Of a stretch of DNA of 32,000 bases, positions 15,245 to 23,177 are shown piece by piece (positions within the stretch are counted from its first letter, which is position 1; every line of letters starts with the position of its first letter). The notes beneath the pieces are model-generated. The model did not search any database and had not been told where the DNA came from. It worked only from the letters and a program-made list of their open reading frames with translations. The translations under genes and the position numbers were made by a program. The DNA lies in assembly GCA_963677105.1 (NCBI GenBank), contig OY781871.1, positions 270,001 through 302,000 of the forward strand. Direction: 5' to 3'. The stretch comes from Candidatus Saccharimonadota bacterium (GTDB taxonomy: Bacteria > Patescibacteriota > Gracilibacteria > UBA4473).

Positions 15245-17749
15245 TCAAGTCATCATAAGATCCGCTTCTCCTATTTGATTTCCTGGTTCTTCCTGCTTTT
15301 TCTCAACCGTAACAAATCCATTCTCTGTATCTGTTAAAGTATATAAATCTTCATCAATATTCACAGTATCTTTTTTAAACTCAATATTAGTTGCAAGATT
15401 TGCTAAATCTTCAAGAGAAGAATTCTGCAAACAAGCTCCATTAAGCTTAAGCGTACTTATCTTTCCCATATTGTTTAATTTAGGAGAAGTCATTCCTGAA
15501 GCATCAAGAGAATAGTCTAAAGTTGGAGGAATAAATCCACGAGGAATATCTCCTGTTATATTTGAAAGATTAAGCTCTCCTGTCATTTTTGTTCCAGAAA
15601 GGTCTAAATAGGAAAGTTTTCCTGAATCTTCTATTCCTGAAAGGTCAATGTTTCCTACATTTTTCGGAAAAACAACTCCTTGTGGAATTTCTTTTAAGCC
15701 ACTAAGGTCAAGTGTTCCATAAATTGTTTCTGGAAATGTAAATCCTTCTTCTGGAAGTTTTGTTACCCCAGACAAATCAGCATTTCCCCCTATACTATTT
15801 GGCATTTGAATATTTGTATACATATTCGCAGCATTCCACTCAATATTTCCAGGTATTGATAGCGGAAGTACCATGTCCTGTTCTCTCGTTAACCAAGGAT
15901 TATTTATTTGTATATCACCTTTAATTACAGTTTGAGAAAGATCTATAGCAGAATTTATTTCACCTGTTTCTAAATTATTCACTACTGCGGGACATTCTCC
16001 AGTTTTACTTAAAGTGAAATCAGCCAATGGAGCAATATGCATTTCATTATTTTCTTTCATTGTTAAAACAAATACCTGCCTCTTCCCATCATTTGTTATT
16101 GGAAAATATTCTAGTGTTCCTTCTTCCATATTACGTGTAATAAGATATGGATTATTATCTATTGTGGCTGATTTAGATGTCCCATCTTTTAATTGATTTA
16201 ATTTATTTACATCACTAAGTTCTGTATATTTCTCATCAATACCAGATTCCAAATTTACCGTCTTAATTACCAACGCTTCTTGTTTTTGTTTTTGAGCTAA
16301 AAATTCTTGATTAACAACACCCAAAGCTGCAATAGTATTTGGCCCAGCCCAACCATCAGCATCTGTGTTTATTTTCTTTTGAATTGCAATAACTCTGTCT
16401 TTTGATGTCACACTGTCATCAAAAGATAGTTTCAAGTAAGTAAGCATTTCTGGTGTTATTTTATCTAAAAATGCTTCATTCGCAGTAGTACGTGCTACTT
16501 CTCGTGCTCTTTGTTTTTGTGCCACTTCTTGTTCTTCTCTCTTAATTTCGTCCGAGATTTCCGTTATAATGTCTGGATAATTAGCCGTATAAAAAGAAAT
16601 ATCTGACATAGTAACACCTGTTCCCTCTAAATATGGAGCAAGTCCCTCCTTATCGAGAGTGGTTGTTTGCTCAGCATCCTGAGATGCAATTGATATATTT
16701 GTTATCTGCTCTTCTGTCCCATGATCTACTAAATATTTTTTTATTACATCTCGCATAGCAGCCTCTTCTTGTGTTCGTTTTTCTCTGTTTTCACGTCCTT
16801 GAGCACGTATCTTATCTCCTTTTTCATTAATACCGTTAATCAAAAAATTCATTGCTTCATTTAGTGAGTCCGTATGTAAGGAAGCATACTGATCTGTAGA
16901 AGTTCCTATTAAAACTTCATATTGAGTTGCCTCATGTATTTCATCCAGTCTTTGACTACAAATCAACTGTCCTACACAATAATTTTCAGGATCTTTACTC
17001 ATTATCGTTCGAGTAATATTACCAATAGATTCAGATGGATTTACTTCATATTTATTACTATCAAAAGCAGTATTTAATCTTTCTGTTTGCTTATTAAACT
17101 TTTCCAAATCAGTCATATTAGCAGTCTCTTCTACCTGCTCTTTTATTTCATCTTTATGGGCATTTAAGTAGTCTGTAATTTGTTCGGCTTGATTTCCTGG
17201 AATTCCCGCAAGAGATCTTAAGCCTTCATCCGAACGAAGCCATGTCTTGTCCCATACAACTATCCCATTTTTATTAGAAAATGTTTTGGTGATATAAGTT
17301 TCCCAATTTATTAAATTTGATGGAATATGTGTAAGCTCGGCTACAACATCTTCTAGAATACTTTCTGGATTTACCTGCATATTTTCTAACGTTCTTGTTG
17401 TAAGAACTTTCTGAATTTCATTTTCAAGATATTTTTTATAAGCCCTTATCTCTGGATCATTAATATAATTTTTATCTGTATCATACTCACCACTCAATCC
17501 ATGTCTCCTCTCTCTTACATCAACAAGAATTTGATCATAAAATTTTTGTTGTTCTTCAATCGTTAATTTCGATAAAGAATTCTCTATAATCTTATTGAAA
17601 CTATCAAATGAAGGATCTTGACTTGGAGTACCGCCATCCATTGCTTCTGTAATTTGTGTTTCATGCGTATTTAATGCATCGGGGGTTCCTATATTCCAGA
17701 GAAACTCATTATTTGTATCAAAATCCGAAAACGTGAATAAATTTTTCAT
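15245..17749 (-). CDS. Large acidic protein with a PG-binding-like motif and C-terminal leucine-rich-repeat-like array; no signal peptide seen
   Basis: 834 aa. Residues 450-477, DRVIAIQKKINTDADGWAGPNTIAALG, resemble a peptidoglycan-binding domain (PG_binding_1 type). Residues 655-755 carry repeated L/IDLSG units (ADLSGVTKLPEEGF, LDLSGLKEIPQGVVFP, IDLSGIEDSGKLSY, LDLSGTKMTGE, LNLSNITGDIPRGFIPP). The start overlaps the upstream stop (TAATG at 17747-17751). Confidence 0.75.
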   Translation of the reverse strand: MKNLFTFSDFDTNNEFLWNIGTPDALNTHETQITEAMDGGTPSQDPSFDSFNKIIENSLSKLTIEEQQKFYDQILVDVRERRHGLSGEYDTDKNYINDPEIRAYKKYLENEIQKVLTTRTLENMQVNPESILEDVVAELTHIPSNLINWETYITKTFSNKNGIVVWDKTWLRSDEGLRSLAGIPGNQAEQITDYLNAHKDEIKEQVEETANMTDLEKFNKQTERLNTAFDSNKYEVNPSESIGNITRTIMSKDPENYCVGQLICSQRLDEIHEATQYEVLIGTSTDQYASLHTDSLNEAMNFLINGINEKGDKIRAQGRENREKRTQEEAAMRDVIKKYLVDHGTEEQITNISIASQDAEQTTTLDKEGLAPYLEGTGVTMSDISFYTANYPDIITEISDEIKREEQEVAQKQRAREVARTTANEAFLDKITPEMLTYLKLSFDDSVTSKDRVIAIQKKINTDADGWAGPNTIAALGVVNQEFLAQKQKQEALVIKTVNLESGIDEKYTELSDVNKLNQLKDGTSKSATIDNNPYLITRNMEEGTLEYFPITNDGKRQVFVLTMKENNEMHIAPLADFTLSKTGECPAVVNNLETGEINSAIDLSQTVIKGDIQINNPWLTREQDMVLPLSIPGNIEWNAANMYTNIQMPNSIGGNADLSGVTKLPEEGFTFPETIYGTLDLSGLKEIPQGVVFPKNVGNIDLSGIEDSGKLSYLDLSGTKMTGELNLSNITGDIPRGFIPPTLDYSLDASGMTSPKLNNMGKISTLKLNGACLQNSSLEDLANLATNIEFKKDTVNIDEDLYTLTDTENGFVTVEKKQEEPGNQIGEADLMMT

Positions 17750-18072
17750 TATTCAAAAAGGTTATTAATTTGATCTTCAAGATCAGCAATCGTTTGTTCT
17801 TCTTCTTTTGCTGATTTTGCTTCTTTTTCTTTAGAACTTGCCACCATAGCTTTTCGAAAATCCTGTTTGATTTGTTTTATTAAATCAGGATTTGCAGTAA
17901 ACGCTTGTTTCAATATTTCTTCCTGTTTGTCTTGCGCATCAAGTAACAGTTTTTCTAATTTACTTTTTTGATTTTCATCAAGCGTTTCGAGCTTTTCTAA
18001 AACTTCTGCACGAGTCTCTCCTGAAAGAAGAATGCTCTTTTCTACGAGTTTACGGAGTTCATTTGTTGTCAT
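17749..18072 (-). CDS. Small acidic coiled-coil protein
   Basis: 107 aa, rich in Glu, Lys and Leu with heptad character (LEKLETLDENQKSKLEKLLLDAQDKQEEILKQ). Translationally coupled to the 834-aa gene. Confidence 0.65.
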   Translation of the reverse strand: MTTNELRKLVEKSILLSGETRAEVLEKLETLDENQKSKLEKLLLDAQDKQEEILKQAFTANPDLIKQIKQDFRKAMVASSKEKEAKSAKEEEQTIADLEDQINNLFE

Positions 18073-18093
18073 GATTTTTTATTAAATCCAGAC

Positions 18094-18122
18094 ATTCTAC
18101 CTTATTGAGACAAAAAAAACAA
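18094..18122 (-). promoter_or_regulatory. Candidate sigma-70 promoter for the 107-aa/834-aa operon
   Basis: Read on the minus strand: TTGTTT (18122-18117), 17-nt spacer, TAGAAT (18099-18094). This lies about 20 nt upstream of the ATG at 18072. Confidence 0.5.
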
Positions 18123-18180
18123 GTAGGACATCCGTGAGAACTTACTCTGTAATAGGTTTCGCTTCCTTTATAAAATATAT

Positions 18181-18209
18181 TTGCATTTTTCTGTTTTCCG
18201 TGTTACAAT
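18181..18209 (+). promoter_or_regulatory. Near-consensus sigma-70 promoter with extended -10 and no ORF downstream
   Basis: TTGCAT (18181-18186), exactly 17 nt of spacer, TGtTACAAT (18201-18209). This is the best promoter match I found in the window. Confidence 0.65.
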
Positions 18210-18215
18210 GTCCTA

Positions 18216-18747
18216 TCAACTTCGAAATTGAGCAATCAAATAGAAGTTGTTAAAGCACTTGTTCTTTTACACTGTTTATCGCTTTATTTTCGATTCAATC
18301 GTTGAAATTCCTTTGAATCTATTGAAGAAAGAATTCTTCCCCACTGTTATATTTATTTGGGAAAATGTTGAACCTACTTTCGTAACATGAAGTAATCAAT
18401 GGTCAGTACTTTGTAGTAATACAAAAGAAAAAACTACCTCAATGTTTTCGTCTAAGGTACTTTAAAAAGACGTTAAAAATCATCAATACGTTACCGCCGA
18501 ACCTAATTTATTCGGTTGATGATACTTCAGAAATTTTCATTAAATTATAAAATCTCTGAGTTGGATCAGACTGTCCAATGGCAAAAAAAAGGCTGTCATA
18601 AATAAGTACAAAGTTTTTTAATAATCTAAACCTTGCAACTAATTATGATAAAGAAAATAGTGTTATAAATAAGAATTAGACCCCAGGTACTTTTAAATCA
18701 AAATAGAAAATTCCCTACTATGGTTGTGCGTAGTAGGTATTTTTTTT
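18216..18747 (+). ncRNA. Candidate novel non-coding RNA of about 530 nt, family not recognised
   Basis: Bounded by the promoter at 18181-18209 and the intrinsic terminator at 18714-18747. All three forward frames are full of stops; the longest ATG ORFs are 7-8 codons. Local helices: 18217-18223/18243-18249; 18479-18486 plus 18497-18501 pairing with 18511-18523; and 18561-18565/18574-18578. Confidence 0.5.
18714..18747 (+). terminator. Rho-independent terminator
   Basis: CCTACTA(TG) stem, 6-nt loop, (CG)TAGTAGG stem, followed by TA and a T8 run (18740-18747). Confidence 0.7.
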
Positions 18748-18941
18748 ATGAAAAATTAAATACAAATAAATTTTTCCATTGTTGCCTTTGCGAATGCAGA
18801 ATAAAACAATTTTTCGCAATGAACGTAAAATATTGCTCGTAGTTCAAACTTCTTTGAACGGAGTTTGCAAGATTTAGTGAATAAGAAAATTTTATAAAAT
18901 ACCTCTCTTGTAATTATTAACTTAATTTCATTCAAATAAAT

Positions 18942-18970
18942 TTGCTTTCTCAAAAAAGTACACGTATCAT
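18942..18970 (+). promoter_or_regulatory. Candidate promoter of the perR-prx operon
   Basis: TTGCTT (18942-18947), 17-nt spacer, TATCAT (18965-18970). The predicted transcription start falls inside the operator at 18974-18992. Confidence 0.5.
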
Positions 18971-18973
18971 TTT

Positions 18974-18992
18974 ATTGAAAATCATTTTCAAT
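18974..18992. promoter_or_regulatory. Fur-family (PerR-type) operator, perfect 9-1-9 palindrome
   Basis: ATTGAAAAT-C-ATTTTCAAT. The inner 7-1-7 core TGAAAATcATTTTCA differs from the Fur 7-1-7 consensus TGATAATnATTATCA at one symmetric position. It lies 9 nt upstream of the Fur-family gene start. Confidence 0.65.
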
Positions 18993-19000
18993 AATAAAAA

Positions 19001-19402
19001 ATGAAAACACTTCCAAAAAATAGAAACTATCGAGTAACTCCTCAACGAAAGATTGTTTTAGAGGAAATACAAAAAGTATGTACGCATCCAACTGCACAGG
19101 AAGTATTTCAAATGGTGCAAAAAGTCGATCCTACTATTGGACTGACTACGGTTTACCGAAGTTTAGATTTTTTAGAAAAACAGAATTTGATTCTCAAGTT
19201 GCAGTCAAAAAACAAAGAAGCTCGTTATGATGGAAATCCTGAAAAACACTGTCATCTTTTTTGTAAAAAGTGTGGTGCTGTTCAAGATATTTTTGATGTC
19301 AGTGATGTGAAAATCACTTCAAATGAGCTTAAAAAATCAGGATTCACTCCCGAGTTTGATTTTTTAGAACTGCATGGAATTTGTAAAAATTGTATCTCTT
19401 AA
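19001..19402 (+). CDS. perR: Fur-family metalloregulator, PerR-like by gene context
   Basis: 133 aa. Winged-helix region RVTPQRKIVLEEI...LTTVYRSLDFLEKQNL. HCHLFCKKCG and HGICKNC supply the two CxxC structural Zn motifs. Peroxide and superoxide detoxification genes follow. Confidence 0.7.
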   Translation: MKTLPKNRNYRVTPQRKIVLEEIQKVCTHPTAQEVFQMVQKVDPTIGLTTVYRSLDFLEKQNLILKLQSKNKEARYDGNPEKHCHLFCKKCGAVQDIFDVSDVKITSNELKKSGFTPEFDFLELHGICKNCIS

Positions 19403-19413
19403 CCCTTATTACA

Positions 19414-19965
19414 ATGAACGAAGAAACAAATTATCTCAAAATTGGGCATCCCGCTCCAAATTTCACCGCTTCAGCATATATTCCCTCAAGCGATAATGTT
19501 GAAGGAAAAATATCACTCAGTGATTTCAAAGGAAAATGGGTTCTCCTTTTCTTTTATCCACTTGATTTCACATTTGTGTGTCCAACAGAGTTAATAAAAC
19601 TCGGAGAAATGGCCGAAGAATTTAAGAAAAATAATTGCCAAATCATTTCTGCTTCTGTGGATTCCACGTTTTCTCACCAAGCATGGTTGAAACAAGATTC
19701 TCGTCTTAAAAATATTTCATTTCCAATGATCGCAGATCTCACAAAAGAGGTAGGATTTGAATATAGTGTCATCCACGATGACGGAATTCATTTACGAGGA
19801 GCTTTCTTGATTGATCCAGACGGAGTTTTGCAATCAATGACTGTGAACAACCTTCCTGTAGGACGAAATCCTGAAGAATTATTACGAACACTGAAAGCAT
19901 TTCAAACAGGAGAACTCTGTCCGGTAAACTGGAACAAAGGAGAAAAAACTCTTGGAAAAGCCTAA
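19414..19965 (+). CDS. ahpC: Typical 2-Cys peroxiredoxin (AhpC/Prx1 subfamily)
   Basis: The real start is the ATG at 19414 (MNEETNYLKIGHPAPNF); the track ORF starts at an upstream TTG. Peroxidatic Cys in FFYPLDFTFVCPTE, resolving Cys in GELCPVNW. Confidence 0.85.
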   Translation: MNEETNYLKIGHPAPNFTASAYIPSSDNVEGKISLSDFKGKWVLLFFYPLDFTFVCPTELIKLGEMAEEFKKNNCQIISASVDSTFSHQAWLKQDSRLKNISFPMIADLTKEVGFEYSVIHDDGIHLRGAFLIDPDGVLQSMTVNNLPVGRNPEELLRTLKAFQTGELCPVNWNKGEKTLGKA

Positions 19966-19976
19966 TAGCTCTAGCA

Positions 19977-20047
19977 CTTGAAATTACAATGTAGAAAGTA
20001 AAAATAAAAAAAATCAATATTTGAACTTTGATATTTGTAATTTGAAG
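19977..20047. repeat. Heptamer-periodic repeat with 13-bp terminal inverted repeats (locus L4)
   Basis: CTTGAAATTACAA (19977-19989) pairs with TTGTAATTTGAAG (20035-20047) at 12 of 13 positions. Right arm units: TATTTGA ACTTTGA TATTTGT AATTTGA (20018-20045). The left arm reads ACTTTCT ACATTGT AATTTCA on the other strand. Shares AAATTACAAATATCAAA with L1. Confidence 0.6.
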
Positions 20048-20079
20048 GTTTAATATTTAACTCTACTAACCTTTCCTCT

Positions 20080-20454
20080 ATGTCTCTCAAAAATCACGTT
20101 TACAAATGTTCTGTCTGTGGACAAATTGCTACCATTCTCCACGAAACAGCGATAGATATTCACTGTTGTGGAAAACCAATGGACCTCTTGAATGAAAATA
20201 CACAAGACGCTGCTCAGGAAAAACATGTTCCTGTAATTCAAAAAACCGAAACGGGAATAAAAGTTATTGTTGGAGAAGTTTCTCATCCGATGACAGAAGA
20301 TCATTTTATTGAATGGATTGAAGTCGTTTCAGATGGAAAAACCTATCGACAATTTCTTTCTCCTGAAGATCTGCCGGAAGCAGAATTTAACATATCAGGA
20401 GAAAACATTACTGCTCGCGCATACTGCAATCTCCACGGATTCTGGAAAAGCTAA
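20080..20454 (+). CDS. dfx: Desulfoferrodoxin (2Fe superoxide reductase)
   Basis: 124 aa. N-terminal desulforedoxin-like site YKCSVCGQ...HCCGKPM. Centre II residues EKHVPVI, HPMTEDHFIEWIE and CNLHGFW. Confidence 0.85.
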   Translation: MSLKNHVYKCSVCGQIATILHETAIDIHCCGKPMDLLNENTQDAAQEKHVPVIQKTETGIKVIVGEVSHPMTEDHFIEWIEVVSDGKTYRQFLSPEDLPEAEFNISGENITARAYCNLHGFWKS

Positions 20455-20483
20455 TTTCTTTCAAATATTTTTAGAAAATAATT

Positions 20484-20503
20484 CTCTCTGTTCTGACAGA
20501 GAG
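20484..20503 (+). other. Hairpin between dfx and nrdA (possible weak terminator or attenuator)
   Basis: CTCTCTG-TTCTGA-CAGAGAG, a 7-bp stem. No T-run follows it. Confidence 0.25.
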
Positions 20504-20541
20504 GGACTCATCAACTCTCTTTATAAAATAAATCAAACACA

Positions 20542-23160
20542 ATGTCTCATCCTCAAATACAAAAACGAACCGGTTCTCTCGTAAATTTTGATCCACAACG
20601 AATTCAAGTAGCAATTCAAAAAGCTATGATTTCAACACCAGATCATGGAATTTCACTTCCTCAATTTGCAGAGTTTCTCACACAAGAAATCACACAAGAG
20701 TTGGAAGAACGATTTTTCTGTCATGAAAAAATACCAACTGTTGAGGATATTCAAGATATTGTCGAAGAAAAATTAGTAGAGTCTGGAAATTTCCAAGTTG
20801 CACGAAGCTATATTTTATATCGTGCCAAACGAGCACAAACTCGTGCAGAAAAACGACTCCAGGAGTTAGAGAAAATTGATAAAGAACTTTTGAAGGTGAC
20901 CAAACATAACGGAAAAAAAGAGAAGTTTTCACGAAAAAAACTCGAAGCTGTCTGGAAAATTGTTTCAAAAGGATATGAAACTTCTTGCCCATTTGAAACG
21001 GTATTTAATGTATTTAAAATCACACTTATCGATGGAATAGAAACATCTCAAATATTAAAAAACTTACGGAAAGCAACTTTGGATTTAATTTCAGTTGAAA
21101 ATATTGATTGGCAAGTTATGGCGGGAAGACTCTATGCAATGGAGTTTTATAAATCTGCTTGTCGAAACCGAAATATTTCACAAGAAGAAATTTATACTGC
21201 AGAAGCATGGAAAAAACATTTTGATAATTATGTAAAAAAAGGACTGTATTCAGAAAAGTTCTTGGAAAATTATACGAATGAAGAAATCTTGTCGGCCGGA
21301 AAATGGATGAATAAAGAACTCGATTTTTCTTATATTTATTCCACTCATTTAGCGTATGATCGACGATATTTATTGAATCCTGATAAAAAAATTTATGAAT
21401 TGCCACAAGAAATGTATTTGGCTGTAGCACTTTTTCTCGCAATTCCAGAAAAAAAAGAAAATCGAATGGACGTAGCAAAACGTATTTATGAAGCAACTTC
21501 TCAACAAAAATTAAGTCTTCCTACTCCGACATTGCTGAACGCAAGAACTACATTTCACCAACTTTCCAGTTGCTTCAAATTGAATGTTGATGACGATCTT
21601 CGTTCTATTTATCACAACATCGAAAACATGGCTCAAATTTCTAAATTTGGTGGTGGAGTTGGTGTATATCTCGGACATATTCGAGCAAAAGGAGCAGCAA
21701 TTCGAAATACAAAAAATGCTTCTGGTGGAGTAATCCCATGGGTTCGAGTTATCAACGATACGGCGTGTGCAGTGAACCAATTAGGCGCTCGACTTGGTGC
21801 GATTTCTCCAACGATTGATGTGTGGCATCGTGATATAAACGATTTTTTGAACATACAAACAGAAACTGGAGATATTCGATCCAAAGCATTCGATGTATTC
21901 CCAGCAATTTCGGTTCCCGATCTCTTTATGAAACGCGTAGAATCAAATGAAAATTGGACTCTTTTTGATCCACATGAAATATTTAGTGTTACTGGAAAAC
22001 GACTCGAAGATCACTTTGATACTGATTTTGAAAGATTTTATTTGGAATGTGAAAAAAATAAAGAAATCGAACTCAAAGAATCTGTAAGCGCAAAAGAGTT
22101 GATGAAGGAATATATGAAAACTGCAGTTGAAACAGGAATGCCGTATATATTTTTCCGAGACACCGTAAATCGACTGAACCCAAATAAGCACGAAGGAAAT
22201 ATTTATTCCACTCAACTCTGTACAGAAATTTGCCAAAACACGAGTCCATCACACTTTATCGAGGAAACGGAAAAAGACGGAACTGTCTCTATAAAATATG
22301 AAGCTGGAGATAGCGTTGTGTGTAATCTCGCATCAATTAATGTGGCAAAAGTTCACACCGAAAAAGATATTAAAGAAGTATCTGAAATCGCAATGAGAGT
22401 GTTGGATAATGTTGTTACACTGAATTTTTATCCGATTAAAGAATCTCAAATCACGGCTCAAAAATACCGATCAATCGGTCTTGGATTCATGGGATTAGCA
22501 GAATATTTAGCGTGTAATGGATATGCATATGATAGTGAAAAAGCGAGAAATCATGTCGATGAATTATTTGAAAAATATGCTTTTTATTCGTTACAAAATT
22601 CAATGAAACTTGCTCAAGAAAGAGGTGCATATGAATTATTTTCTGGAAGCGAATGGTCAAAAGGAAAACTCTTTGGACGTGATAAAAATTGGTTTGTAAA
22701 AAACACAAAAACAGATTGTAATTGGGAAACTCTTATCAAAAATATTCAAGAAAAAGGTCTTCGTTTTGCGTATCATTTTGCACCAGCGCCAAACACATCA
22801 ACTTCTGGAGTTGTGGGAACAACGGCTGGACTGTTGCCTATTTACAAAAAATTTTTCGTGGAAACAAATGTAATCGCGCCAACGGTTACAGTCGCGCCGA
22901 ATTTAAATACAAAAAATTTCTGGCTTTACAAAGAATATTCTCACATGAATATGAACGAAGTGATTGATATGATGGCAACTATTTATAAATGGATCGATCA
23001 ATCAATTTCATTTGAATGGATGCTGAATCCTGCAGAAACTTCCCCGAAGGAATTGTATGAATATTATATAAAAGCTTGGAAATCCGGGATAAAAACTATT
23101 TATTATCTCCGTTCAATGTCAGGAGAAATTAAAGAAGATTGCGTAAGTTGTTCTGGTTAA
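20542..23160 (+). CDS. nrdA: Class Ia ribonucleotide reductase alpha subunit with N-terminal ATP-cone
   Basis: 872 aa. ATP-cone IQKRTGSLVNFDPQRIQVAIQKAM. Active-site region PTPTLLNARTTFHQLSSCF, followed by FGGGVGVYLGHIRAKGAAI and STQLCTEI. C-terminal redox tail CVSCSG. Confidence 0.9.
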   Translation: MSHPQIQKRTGSLVNFDPQRIQVAIQKAMISTPDHGISLPQFAEFLTQEITQELEERFFCHEKIPTVEDIQDIVEEKLVESGNFQVARSYILYRAKRAQTRAEKRLQELEKIDKELLKVTKHNGKKEKFSRKKLEAVWKIVSKGYETSCPFETVFNVFKITLIDGIETSQILKNLRKATLDLISVENIDWQVMAGRLYAMEFYKSACRNRNISQEEIYTAEAWKKHFDNYVKKGLYSEKFLENYTNEEILSAGKWMNKELDFSYIYSTHLAYDRRYLLNPDKKIYELPQEMYLAVALFLAIPEKKENRMDVAKRIYEATSQQKLSLPTPTLLNARTTFHQLSSCFKLNVDDDLRSIYHNIENMAQISKFGGGVGVYLGHIRAKGAAIRNTKNASGGVIPWVRVINDTACAVNQLGARLGAISPTIDVWHRDINDFLNIQTETGDIRSKAFDVFPAISVPDLFMKRVESNENWTLFDPHEIFSVTGKRLEDHFDTDFERFYLECEKNKEIELKESVSAKELMKEYMKTAVETGMPYIFFRDTVNRLNPNKHEGNIYSTQLCTEICQNTSPSHFIEETEKDGTVSIKYEAGDSVVCNLASINVAKVHTEKDIKEVSEIAMRVLDNVVTLNFYPIKESQITAQKYRSIGLGFMGLAEYLACNGYAYDSEKARNHVDELFEKYAFYSLQNSMKLAQERGAYELFSGSEWSKGKLFGRDKNWFVKNTKTDCNWETLIKNIQEKGLRFAYHFAPAPNTSTSGVVGTTAGLLPIYKKFFVETNVIAPTVTVAPNLNTKNFWLYKEYSHMNMNEVIDMMATIYKWIDQSISFEWMLNPAETSPKELYEYYIKAWKSGIKTIYYLRSMSGEIKEDCVSCSG

Positions 23161-23177
23161 AATTTAAAAATGAAACA

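Noticed and set aside
18216-18747. Whether the ORF-free transcript is a known housekeeping RNA (RNase P RNA, tmRNA, SRP RNA or 6S RNA)
   Set aside because: I could not find the conserved cores by eye: GGAAAGUCC and ACAGAA-CCGGCUUA of RNase P, the tRNA-like 3-prime end and tag ORF of tmRNA, or the SRP domain IV motif. A covariance-model search is still needed.
15245-18747. Diversity-generating retroelement (non-coding template repeat beside a large surface-type protein)
   Set aside because: The window contains no reverse transcriptase gene. I could find no stretch of the intergenic region resembling the 3-prime end of the 834-aa gene or of any other gene.
18756-18953. 65-aa minus-strand ORF in the large intergenic gap
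   Set aside because: It has a non-ATG start, a Lys/Phe/Ile-rich product with no motif, and no promoter or partner gene. It lies in A/T-rich DNA where such ORFs arise by chance.
20455-20541. NrdR boxes or a cobalamin riboswitch upstream of nrdA
   Set aside because: Only one short hairpin (20484-20503) is present. There is no pair of 16-bp NrdR-type palindromes, and the region is too short and unstructured for a riboswitch.
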